From Nitriliruptoraceae bacterium (lineage in GTDB: Bacteria > Actinomycetota > Nitriliruptoria > Nitriliruptorales > Nitriliruptoraceae): 38,453 bases of DNA. The DNA lies in NCBI GenBank assembly GCA_007134165.1, contig SLLJ01000408.1, positions 1-38,453 of the forward strand. The letters are read 5' to 3'. This document shows, in pieces, positions 21,532 through 29,783 of the stretch; position 1 is the stretch's first letter, and every line of letters starts with the position of its first letter. A program made the translations under genes and the position numbers. The notes under the pieces were generated by a model that saw only the letters and a list, made by a program, of their open reading frames with translations, had not been told where the DNA came from and made no database searches.

Positions 21532-22824
21532 TCAGCCACCGATGCCGGTGGCGCGCCCGATGCTGCGGGTTCGCAGCTGTGGCGCATGTTCACCGTAGAC
21601 GGCCCGGACCAGCTCAAGCTCGGCGTGCAGTAGCTCGCCGAGCCGCACGACTCCCTCGCGGATCCGGTCGGGGGTCGGGAAGGAGAAGCACAGCCGAGCG
21701 TGGTCTCCTCCCGAGCCGTCGGCGAAGAACCCGCGGCCTGGCACGTAGGCCACGCGCTGCGAGATCGCCTTGGCCAGCAGGTCTGAGGTGTCGATGCCGG
21801 CCGGCACACTCAGCCACACGTAGAAGGCCCCCAGGGGGCGGGTCCAGTGCACTTCGGCGGGCAGCTCGGCCGCCATCGTGTCGAGCATCACGCCGGCCTT
21901 CTCGGCGTAGAGCTGGCGGAAGCGCTTGATCTGCTCGACCCACGGCTGGGTCTGCAACCAGCGCTCGACGATCATCTGGGTCAGGTTCGACGGACAGAGA
22001 TCCGCGGCCTCCCGCAACAGCACCAGCTTGTCGCGCACCGGGGCGGGCGCGGCGATCCAGCCGGTACGGACCCCCGGGGCGAACAGCTTGGACATGGTGC
22101 CCACGTAGATGACCCGGTCGGGGATCATGCTGCGGAGTGAAGGCAGCACCTCGCCGTCGAAGCCGAGCAGTCCGTAGGGATCGTCCTCGACCACGAGCAG
22201 GTCGTGGCGCTCGGCGAGCTCGGCAACCCGACGGCGACGGTCCAGCGACAGCGAGACGCCGGCTGGGTTCTGGTGGTTGGGGATGAGGTAGAGGTACTTG
22301 GCGTGCCGGCCCTCGGCCTGAAGGGTCTGCAGCTGCGCTTCGAGCAGGTCGACACGCATGCCGTCGTCGTCCATCGGGACGTGGCGGATGTCGGCCTGCA
22401 GGCTGGTCATCGCGCCGATCGCTCCGACGTAGGTCGGACCCTCCGCGAGCACCACGTCACCGGGGTCCAAGAAGCACGTCGCGATCAGTTCCAGCGCTTG
22501 CTGCCCACCGACGGTGACCACCAACTCGTCGGGGTGGGCTCCGACGCCCTGCAGGCGCATCACCTCCACGAGCTGCTCGCGCAGCTCCGGGCGGCCCTGA
22601 CCGCCGCCGTACTGCAGCGCGATCGCTCCGCTGTCCCGGATGACGGCCGAGACGACCTGCTCCACGGCCTCGAGGTCCAGCGCCGAGGTGTCGGGCATGC
22701 CGCCCGCGAACGACACGATCTCCGGGCGTGAGGCAACCGCGAACAGCGCGCGGATCTCCGAGGCACTCATGCCCGTCACCCGCGCCGCGTAGCGGGCGAG
22801 GTAGGGGTCGGTCTCGAGCCGCAC
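21532..22824 (-). CDS. PLP-dependent class I aminotransferase (LysN/MocR-like)
   Basis: SFAGGMP, QNPAG, EDDPYG, SKLFAPGVRTGW. Start placed at GTG 22824; the ORF-track extension overlaps the GNAT gene. Confidence 0.9.
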   Translation of the reverse strand: MRLETDPYLARYAARVTGMSASEIRALFAVASRPEIVSFAGGMPDTSALDLEAVEQVVSAVIRDSGAIALQYGGGQGRPELREQLVEVMRLQGVGAHPDELVVTVGGQQALELIATCFLDPGDVVLAEGPTYVGAIGAMTSLQADIRHVPMDDDGMRVDLLEAQLQTLQAEGRHAKYLYLIPNHQNPAGVSLSLDRRRRVAELAERHDLLVVEDDPYGLLGFDGEVLPSLRSMIPDRVIYVGTMSKLFAPGVRTGWIAAPAPVRDKLVLLREAADLCPSNLTQMIVERWLQTQPWVEQIKRFRQLYAEKAGVMLDTMAAELPAEVHWTRPLGAFYVWLSVPAGIDTSDLLAKAISQRVAYVPGRGFFADGSGGDHARLCFSFPTPDRIREGVVRLGELLHAELELVRAVYGEHAPQLRTRSIGRATGIGG

Positions 22825-22932
22825 AACGGTGCTCCGGGTCGGCGGGTTCCCCGTCCGGCAGCGTCCGATCCGGGTAGCCTCGAGGGTAGCGATCCCGGCG
22901 CCAGGCTCCGGGGCGCGGCCCCGGAGGTCGTC

Positions 22933-23106
22933 ATGCCGCACGCTGCCGTCTCGGACGCCGAGCGCTATCGCGCGCCGGGCGGCTGGAAGCGGGCGCTGAT
23001 CGGCTTCCTGCTGGGGGTGGCTGCCGGTGTGGTCGTCGCCCTGATTCTGCCCCGCGACGACGGGCCGCGCCGGGTGCGTACACCGCTGCCCGTCGCGAAC
23101 GGCTGA
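22933..23106 (+). CDS. 57-aa single-TM small protein (not in the ORF track)
   Basis: GGAGG RBS + ATG; MPHAAVSDAERYRAPGGWKRALIGFLLGVAAGVVVALILPRDDGPRRVRTPLPVANG; stops 4 nt before the GNAT start. Confidence 0.7.
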   Translation: MPHAAVSDAERYRAPGGWKRALIGFLLGVAAGVVVALILPRDDGPRRVRTPLPVANG

Positions 23107-23110
23107 CGCC

Positions 23111-23764
23111 GTGGGTCGGCAGGTCCTCGCCCTGACCGGTGACCTGGTGGAGTTGCTGCCCGAGCCCTGTCGCACCTGCCTGTTCTGGGAGCTCGGGGGT
23201 CCCTGTCCGGACCGGCGCAGTAACCCGGCGGTACCGCCGCGCCAGGCCGTGGTGGCACCGACCCGACCCCTGGTTCGCAAGCAGGCCTGGGTCTCGGCGG
23301 TCGTGCAGGACGGGCAGCCGGCGGGGTGGGTGGTCCGTGTCGAGGGAGAGGTCGTGGCCCACGTGCTCGCGGCGCCGTCGGCACGGTTCGCGCCGCGTGC
23401 GCTCGGCCTGCCCAGCGCCAGCCCCGACGCGCTGCTACTGGCCAGCCTCTGGGTCCAACCGCACTGGCGAGGCCGGGGGATCGGACGCTTGCTGGTTCGG
23501 GCAACGCTCAAGGACGCGCTCCGCCACGGATGTCGCCGAGTGGAGGCTTTCGGTGACCGTCGGTGGCGGGAACAGGCCTGTGCGTTGCCGGCCGGATGGC
23601 TGCTCGGTGAGGGTTTCGACGTCGAGATGGAGCACCCTCGCACGCCCCTGTTCGCGATCGAACTCGGCCGGACCGTCCGTTGGGCCGAGAGTCTCGAGCA
23701 GGCACTCGGTGAGATCCTCGTGCCCCGTCCGGCCCGCGCCCGGGTGACGGGCCCTGCTCGGTAG
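23111..23764 (+). CDS. GNAT acetyltransferase (Rv3916c-like)
   Basis: CRTCLFWE, WRGRGIGRLL acetyl-CoA motif, VEAFG, HPRTP; conserved synteny. Confidence 0.85.
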   Translation: MGRQVLALTGDLVELLPEPCRTCLFWELGGPCPDRRSNPAVPPRQAVVAPTRPLVRKQAWVSAVVQDGQPAGWVVRVEGEVVAHVLAAPSARFAPRALGLPSASPDALLLASLWVQPHWRGRGIGRLLVRATLKDALRHGCRRVEAFGDRRWREQACALPAGWLLGEGFDVEMEHPRTPLFAIELGRTVRWAESLEQALGEILVPRPARARVTGPAR

Positions 23765-23822
23765 TCTGGGAGGTCGGGCCTGTCCTCGCGATGCCCGTCC
23801 CTCACCTCGGAGCCAGTGCGTC

Positions 23823-25073
23823 GTGCGTGCCTACCGCGTTCTGCTGGCCCACCGCGACGTGCGGTGGCCGCTGATCGCCTCGACGCTCGCGCGGCTGACG
23901 CCCGGGATGATCGTGCTGGCGGTCGTGCTGTTGATGCGAGACGCGGGGCACAGCTACGCGGTGGCGGGCCTGGTCACCGCCGCTCACCAGGTGGGGATCG
24001 GTGCCGTCTCTCCGCTGCAGGGCCGGTTCGCGGACCGCTTTGGGCAGCGTCGGGTCTTGCTGCCCGATGCGTTGGGCTACCTCGCCGGCACCGTCCTGCT
24101 CGCCTGGCTGGCCGTGTCCGGTGCCGCGGTGCCCGGGTTGCTCGTCGTCGCCGTGCTGACGGGCGCCGTGTTTCCCCCCAGCACCGCCTGTGTACGGGTG
24201 CTGCTGTCCCATCGCTTCCCGACCGGCCACGAACGCGAGACCGCGTTCGCGCTGACCGCGATCGCGGTGGAGGTGGGGTTCATCTTCGGACCACTGCTCG
24301 CCGTCGCCGTCGCCGAAACGGTCGGTGCCGCCTGGGCGGTGGTGATGGCCGGCAGCGTGGCCGCGATCGGGGCAACCGGGCTGGCCATGACCGGTGCATC
24401 GGCCGCCGTACCCCGGCGGGACCCATCCGTGCCGCGGCGTAGCGCGCTGGCCTCCGGTGGGGTGCGGCTCATGGTCGTCACGCTGGGGACCATGGCGGTG
24501 GCCTTCGGGGTCATCGACATCGCCGTGCCAGCGGTCGCGGAGCTGGCCGGAGACCGATCGGCGGCCGGCTGGCTGATCGCGTCGATCGCCTCGGGCAGCC
24601 TGGTCGGCGGGTTGGTCTACGGCGGGAGGGTCTGGCCCGGGACGCTGGTGACCCGGGTACGGGTGCTGGCGGTGGTCCTCGCGGTCGGCTTCCTGATCCT
24701 GCCGTTCGCAACCGGTTCCCTGGGCCGCTTCGCGGTGGCGCTGTTCATCGCCGGGGTGTTCCTCTCACCACTGACGATCGGGGCCTTCGAGCTGATCGAC
24801 GACCTTTCGCTGCCTGGCACCCAGACGGAAGCGCAGCAGTGGACCCAGGCTGCGGTGGTTGCGGGGGTCGCCCTGGGCGCGACGTTGTCCGGTGCCGCCG
24901 TCGAGCATTCGGGGCCCCCGGCGGCCTTCCTCGCCGGCGGGCTGTGCATCGGGGTCGGAGCACTGCTCGTCAACCTCGGCCGGGCGCGGTTGCACCGGGA
25001 GTCACCGCGGCGCTCGGATCCGCTGCGCTCGGATCCAGGGCCCACGCCGGCTCGCCCACCAGCGCCGCGGTGA
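23823..25073 (+). CDS. MFS transporter
   Basis: About 12 TM segments, motif A GRFADRFGQRRVL. Confidence 0.9.
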   Translation: MRAYRVLLAHRDVRWPLIASTLARLTPGMIVLAVVLLMRDAGHSYAVAGLVTAAHQVGIGAVSPLQGRFADRFGQRRVLLPDALGYLAGTVLLAWLAVSGAAVPGLLVVAVLTGAVFPPSTACVRVLLSHRFPTGHERETAFALTAIAVEVGFIFGPLLAVAVAETVGAAWAVVMAGSVAAIGATGLAMTGASAAVPRRDPSVPRRSALASGGVRLMVVTLGTMAVAFGVIDIAVPAVAELAGDRSAAGWLIASIASGSLVGGLVYGGRVWPGTLVTRVRVLAVVLAVGFLILPFATGSLGRFAVALFIAGVFLSPLTIGAFELIDDLSLPGTQTEAQQWTQAAVVAGVALGATLSGAAVEHSGPPAAFLAGGLCIGVGALLVNLGRARLHRESPRRSDPLRSDPGPTPARPPAPR

Positions 25074-26127
25074 GCGCGTCGACCAGGCCGTCGGCGATCG
25101 CCCGCTGATGATCACGGTCGGTGAGTGCCGCGCCTTCGGCAGGGTGGCTGAGGAAGCCGACCTCGACGATCACCGCCGGGGCCCGTGACTCGCGCAGCAG
25201 CGCGACCGTCGAGGGGTGGATCCGGCAGTGGGGGCTTCCGGTCACGGCGGCGAGGCGATCGACGGCGAGCTCGGCGAGCCGCCGGCCCCGCTCGGAGACG
25301 TAGCGCTCGGTGCCGAAGTGGTAGCCGGCGATGCCCCGTGCCGCGGGCGTGGGGTGGTGGTTCCCGCACACCGAGACGATCACCTCGACGTCCTCGGCGT
25401 TGGCATGGGCGGCGCGCTGTGAGGGGGTGGGTGTGGTCCGGGGACCGCGGCTGAGCACGACGTTGGCGCCCAGGGCTGCGAGCCGCCCCTCGGTGAGCGC
25501 GACGATGGTCCAGGTGATGTGGTGCTCCGGGGTCCCGTCCGGCGCGGCGGGTCCCGGGTCGGATTCCCCGCGGGCGGGGTCGAGCAGGATCCGCGCCCCG
25601 GCCAGGGAACTGCGCAGCCGGTGGCGCAGCTGCTGGCGTTCGCGCACGACGTAGGCGGGATCCTGCTGGTGCTGCCGTGCCAGGCGGCACAGTGCGTGGG
25701 TGGTGGCGGGGCCGGCCATCCCGTCGACCACCAGCCCGGCGTTGAGTTGGAAGTCGCGGACCGCTTCGACCGTCTGGGCGCCGTAGATGCCGTCGTCGTA
25801 GCCGGCGTCGAATCCGAGGCGGCTGATGCGGCGCTGCAGGTCACGCACGTCGTCGCCGCGCAGCGTCGGCCGGCGTTCGTACAGCAGCCGGTCGCCGAGT
25901 CGGTAGGAGGCGCCGACCAGCGCACCCCAGGTGTCGGCTCCCACGATCCCGTCAGCCGGCAGGCCACGGTGCTGCTGGAACGCGCGCACCGCCGCCAGGG
26001 TCGACGCGTCGAAGACGCCCAGGTCGTAGCCGGCCATGAAGCCGAGGTCCCCCAGTCGACGCTGGATGTCCTCGACCTCGGGCCCGACCGAGCCGAGTCG
26101 GATCAGTGCCATGTCGGACGCGTCCAC
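24970..26127 (-). CDS. cwlM: CwlM-like N-acetylmuramoyl-L-alanine amidase homologue (2 PG-binding domains + degenerate Amidase_3)
   Basis: AVRAFQ..GL..DGIVG repeats, SYRLGDRLLY, RAAHAN, PAVIVEVGFLS; position after trxA. Confidence 0.85.
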   Translation of the reverse strand: MDASDMALIRLGSVGPEVEDIQRRLGDLGFMAGYDLGVFDASTLAAVRAFQQHRGLPADGIVGADTWGALVGASYRLGDRLLYERRPTLRGDDVRDLQRRISRLGFDAGYDDGIYGAQTVEAVRDFQLNAGLVVDGMAGPATTHALCRLARQHQQDPAYVVRERQQLRHRLRSSLAGARILLDPARGESDPGPAAPDGTPEHHITWTIVALTEGRLAALGANVVLSRGPRTTPTPSQRAAHANAEDVEVIVSVCGNHHPTPAARGIAGYHFGTERYVSERGRRLAELAVDRLAAVTGSPHCRIHPSTVALLRESRAPAVIVEVGFLSHPAEGAALTDRDHQRAIADGLVDALTAALVGEPAWALDPSAADPSAAVTPGATAPGRG

Positions 26128-26139
26128 GGCGTCGCAGAC

Positions 26140-26463
26140 TCAGCCCAGGTAGGTGCCGAGCTCGGACATCAGCGCGGCTTTGCCCTTGGCCCCCACGATC
26201 TTCTTGTCGGGCTTGCCGCCCTTGAAGACCATCAGGGTCGGGATCGACATGATCCCGTACTCCCGGGCGGTCCCGGGATTCTCGTCGACGTTGAGCTTGA
26301 CGACCTTGAGATGATCGGCCTGCTCGCCGGCGATCTCGTCGACGATCGGGCTGACCTTCAGGCACGGTCCGCACCACTCGGCCCAGAAGTCGACGAGGAC
26401 GGGAAGGTCGGCCTCGATCACCTCGGTGACCCAGTCGGCGTCGGTCACGGGGCTGGCACCCAT
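26140..26463 (-). CDS. trxA: Thioredoxin
   Basis: DFWAEWCGPC, SIPTL. Confidence 0.97.
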   Translation of the reverse strand: MGASPVTDADWVTEVIEADLPVLVDFWAEWCGPCLKVSPIVDEIAGEQADHLKVVKLNVDENPGTAREYGIMSIPTLMVFKGGKPDKKIVGAKGKAALMSELGTYLG

Positions 26464-26504
26464 CGGCGGTTCCTCCGCTGCTGTTGGTCGTGGTGGTGGT
26501 GACG

Positions 26505-27515
26505 CTACCGCGCGGCCGCGACGGCCGCCGTACCGACGGGATCGACCCCGCCCCCGGCCAGGAAGCGCTCGGCGTCGATCGCGGCCTTGCAGCCGGTGCC
26601 GGCGGCCGTGACCGCCTGGCGGTAGGTGTGGTCCATGACGTCCCCGCAGGCGAACACGCCGGGCACCCGGGTGCGGGTGGAGGGCTCGTCGACCACGAGG
26701 TAGCCCTCGTCGTCGGTCTCCAGCGTGTCGCCGAACAGCGTGGTGTTGGGGATGTGCCCGATGGCCAGGAACAACCCGTCGGCGCTCAGCTCGGACTCCT
26801 CGCCGGACCGGGTGTCACGCAGCGTCACCGAGGTCAGCTGGCCGTCGGTGCCGTTGACCCGGGTGATCACCGAGTTCCAGACCACGTCGATCTTGTCGTT
26901 GTCGAACACCCGCTGCTGCATGATCGCCGAAGCCCGCAGTGCGTCCCGCCGGTGGACGATCGACACCTTGGAGGCGAACCGGGTCAGGAAGTCCGCCTCC
27001 TCCATGGCCGAGTCGCCGCCGCCGACCACCAGCACGTGGCGGTCACGGAAGAAGAACCCGTCGCAAGTGGCGCAGGCCGACACGCCCGCGCCCCACAGCT
27101 CGTCCTCTCCGGGGACCTCGAGGCGGCGTGGCTTGGCCCCGGTCGCGATGATCAGGGTGCGGGTGCGCAGCTGCTGCCCCGATGCGGTCTCGAGCACGAT
27201 GGGCTGTGAGGTGAGCTCGACGGAGGTGATGTCCTCGGTCACGAAGCTGGTGCCGAAGCGCTCGGCCTGGGCACGCATGCTGCTGATGAGCTCCGGACCC
27301 ATGATGCCCTCGGGGAAGCCGGGGTAGTTCTCCACGTCGGTGGTGAGCGTGAGCTGTCCGCCGGTCGGTCCACCCTCGGCCACGCCCTCGACCAGCAGGG
27401 GGGAGAGGGCGGCCCGCGCGGCATACAGAGCCGCCGTCAGCCCGGCCGGGCCGGAGCCGATGATGACGACGTCGTGCACGCCGTCCTGGTCGGAGGCGGA
27501 CTCGGAGCTGGTCAT
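26505..27515 (-). CDS. trxB: Thioredoxin reductase
   Basis: GSGPAGLTAA, CATCDG, GGGDSAMEE, YRQAVTAAG; start ATG 27515. Confidence 0.97.
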   Translation of the reverse strand: MTSSESASDQDGVHDVVIIGSGPAGLTAALYAARAALSPLLVEGVAEGGPTGGQLTLTTDVENYPGFPEGIMGPELISSMRAQAERFGTSFVTEDITSVELTSQPIVLETASGQQLRTRTLIIATGAKPRRLEVPGEDELWGAGVSACATCDGFFFRDRHVLVVGGGDSAMEEADFLTRFASKVSIVHRRDALRASAIMQQRVFDNDKIDVVWNSVITRVNGTDGQLTSVTLRDTRSGEESELSADGLFLAIGHIPNTTLFGDTLETDDEGYLVVDEPSTRTRVPGVFACGDVMDHTYRQAVTAAGTGCKAAIDAERFLAGGGVDPVGTAAVAAAR

Positions 27516-27581
27516 GGTGGCCTCGTGGTCGCAGATCGGGATCGCAGGTCGGGCCGGTGATCGGCGCGCTTCGCACAGCCT

Positions 27582-27607
27582 AACGACGGTGGGGCGCCGG
27601 GCATTCC
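27582..27607 (-). promoter_or_regulatory. SigR/SigH-type promoter of trxBA
   Basis: GGAAT-N18-GTT on the minus strand. Confidence 0.8.
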
Positions 27608-27621
27608 CTACCATCGCTCTC

Positions 27622-28182
27622 GTGCCTGCCTCCCGCTGCCACCGCCACCCGGACGTCGAGACGCGCCTGACGTGCTCGTCGTGCGAGGTGCCGATCTGCC
27701 CGGACTGTCTGGTCGAGGCGGCGGTCAGCTACCAGTGCCCCGACTGTGCCCACGGGCGGGGCCAGGATCCGCCCGCCAAGCGGTCCCCCGAACGGTCCAC
27801 CTCGAGGTCGTCGACGTCGAGGTCGTCGACGTCGAGGTCGTCGGGTGGTGGTGAGATCCCGATGGCGCTGCGGGTGCGCGCGACCGCTGCGGCGGTGGCC
27901 GGGTCGATGAGCGGCGGGCTGCTGCTGGGCCCGGTGCTGCTCGGCGGGACGTTCTTCCTGCTGTCCTCCGGCGTGATCGGATGGGGGATCGCCCGTCTGG
28001 TGTTCTGGGCCAGCCAGGAGCGCAGCTCCCCGTTCCTGCGGGCGATGGCGCTGACCGCGGCTGGTTTCAGCGTCGCGGTGGGACTGGTCGTCGCCGGTCG
28101 GGCCGCCGCCCCTCCCGGGCTGCTGTTTCTGGCCTACCCGGCGGCGGTGTACGGCGCCTGGCTGGTCGTGCGCAGCCGCTAG
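27622..28182 (+). CDS. B-box-like zinc-finger membrane protein
   Basis: CHRHP...CSSCEVPICPDC...QCPDC, then about 4 TM segments; TACCAT 7 nt before the GTG. Confidence 0.75.
   Translation: MPASRCHRHPDVETRLTCSSCEVPICPDCLVEAAVSYQCPDCAHGRGQDPPAKRSPERSTSRSSTSRSSTSRSSGGGEIPMALRVRATAAAVAGSMSGGLLLGPVLLGGTFFLLSSGVIGWGIARLVFWASQERSSPFLRAMALTAAGFSVAVGLVVAGRAAAPPGLLFLAYPAAVYGAWLVVRSR
27796..27840 (+). repeat. 3 x 15-bp tandem repeat encoding (STSRS)3
   Basis: TCCACCTCGAGGTCG TCGACGTCGAGGTCG TCGACGTCGAGGTCG. Confidence 0.85.
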
Positions 28183-29105
28183 TCGTGCTGCGCGAAGCGT
28201 CGCAGCGCGCAGTCGTCGCGGCTGAGCACCCAGATCTCGCTGCGGGTGTAGGCGATCCCGGGCGCGTCGGGGGTCACGAGGCCGAGCACGACCACCGCTT
28301 CGTCGTCGAACCAGGCGAGCTCGGCGTAGGCGGGGATCGCCGCCGGATCGGGGGTCAGCACGACCTCCAGGCACCGGGCGACGGCCTGCCTGGGGTCCTC
28401 GGTCACGTCGTTCTCGGCCACGTCGTCGGGTGCGTCCGCGAAATCGTCAGGAAGCGCGTCGCCGGCAGGGTCGAACTCGGTCTCCGGAGTGGCGGCCATG
28501 GCCGCGGCCTCGGGTCCGCCCAGCTCGTCACGCACCTGGGCAGCGAGTTGCTCTCCTGCCGACGCGTCCAGGGCCAGCTCGGTGACGGCGAGGAGCGCTG
28601 GGTCGTCGAGCAGTGCGTCGGCCAGCTCCGCGTCGAGCTCGCGGTCCTCGTCGACCACCGCCACCCGGGGTGCGTCGGCGTCCGAGCGCAGCGCGTCGCC
28701 GGGCTCTCCCGCCCGTTCCATCGCGATGGTGTCCGCCGTGTCCTCGGCGGGACCCTCGCCCCCGATCAGCAGCACGCCGGTACCAGCCACGGCCAGCACT
28801 GCCGCCGCCGCGGCGGCCGGGACCCAGCGTCGGGCCGGTCGCCGGGCTCGACGCCGTGCGGCCAGCTCGTCGCCCTGCGACACCTGCGCCGAGATCACCG
28901 GCGCCAGCTGGGCCTCGAGCCTGGCTGCGAGCCCATCGGGCTCGGCGGTGGGCGCGAGGCCGGCGAGAGCCGCGTCGGCACGCTCGAGCGCCGCCAGTTG
29001 GCGGGCGAACTCGGGGTCCGCGACGAGCGAGGCGCGCACGCGCTCGGCGTCGTCGAGGGGGAGCTCGCCGGCCAGGTACGCGGCCAGGCGGTCGACGGAT
29101 TCCAC
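28179..29105 (-). CDS. Transmembrane anti-sigma factor (RsmA-like, lacks the zinc motif)
   Basis: LAAYLAGELP N-terminal helix, TM AAAAAVLAVAG, C-terminal Cys pair; downstream of the ECF sigma; GTG 29105. Confidence 0.8.
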   Translation of the reverse strand: MESVDRLAAYLAGELPLDDAERVRASLVADPEFARQLAALERADAALAGLAPTAEPDGLAARLEAQLAPVISAQVSQGDELAARRRARRPARRWVPAAAAAAVLAVAGTGVLLIGGEGPAEDTADTIAMERAGEPGDALRSDADAPRVAVVDEDRELDAELADALLDDPALLAVTELALDASAGEQLAAQVRDELGGPEAAAMAATPETEFDPAGDALPDDFADAPDDVAENDVTEDPRQAVARCLEVVLTPDPAAIPAYAELAWFDDEAVVVLGLVTPDAPGIAYTRSEIWVLSRDDCALRRFAQHD

Positions 29106-29166
29106 GGGAGATCCTCGGGGGTCGGCATCGGTGGGACGACGTCGACGTCGGTCGGGTTGCGGGCAT

Positions 29167-29781
29167 TCAGGCCGGTGGTGCTCGAGGCGCACCCTCCGGT
29201 CGCTGGTCGGGTGCTTCGGCCAGCAGCTCGCCCAGCCGCAGCCGGGCCCGTGACACGCGGCTCTTGACCGTGCCCACGGGCAGGCCGGTGGCCGCCGCTG
29301 CGTCGGCGTAGGACAGTCCCTCGACCGTGACCAGCAGCAGCAGCCGCCGCGAGCGCTCGTCGAGCCCGGCCAGGGCCGTACGCAACGCGTCGGCGGTGGC
29401 ACTGGCTTCGGTGTGGTCCTCGACGACCGGCTCCTCGATGGTGCGGATCTCGGCGACCGGGGTCGAGGGGCGGCGGGCGTCGTGGCGCACCTGGTCGATG
29501 GACACGTTGCGGGCCACCCGGTACAGCCACGTCGACAGCTTCGCCTCGCCACGGAATCCCCCGCCGCGGCGCGCCAGACGCACGAAGGTCTCCTGGGTGG
29601 CATCCTCGGCGTCCTGGGCATGACCGAGCACCTGGTAACACACCACGAACAGCCGGCGGCGGTAGCGCTCGACCAGGGCGTCGAACGCTGCCTCGCGGCG
29701 TGCGACCGGGACGGAGACGTCGAGGTAGCGGGTGAGCAGCATCTCGTCGGTCCAGTCCGAGCCGGCGGTGTCCGACGCCAC
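29167..29781 (-). CDS. sigM: ECF sigma factor, SigM-like
   Basis: DAEDATQETF, FRGEAKLSTWLYRVARN, GTVKSRVSRAR; synteny with trxB. Confidence 0.88.
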   Translation of the reverse strand: MASDTAGSDWTDEMLLTRYLDVSVPVARREAAFDALVERYRRRLFVVCYQVLGHAQDAEDATQETFVRLARRGGGFRGEAKLSTWLYRVARNVSIDQVRHDARRPSTPVAEIRTIEEPVVEDHTEASATADALRTALAGLDERSRRLLLLVTVEGLSYADAAAATGLPVGTVKSRVSRARLRLGELLAEAPDQRPEGAPRAPPA

Positions 29782-29783
29782 GG

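Noticed and set aside
22825..23805. 757-aa aminotransferase with a long N-terminal extension
   Set aside because: The extension is antisense to the GNAT and microprotein genes; homology starts near 22824
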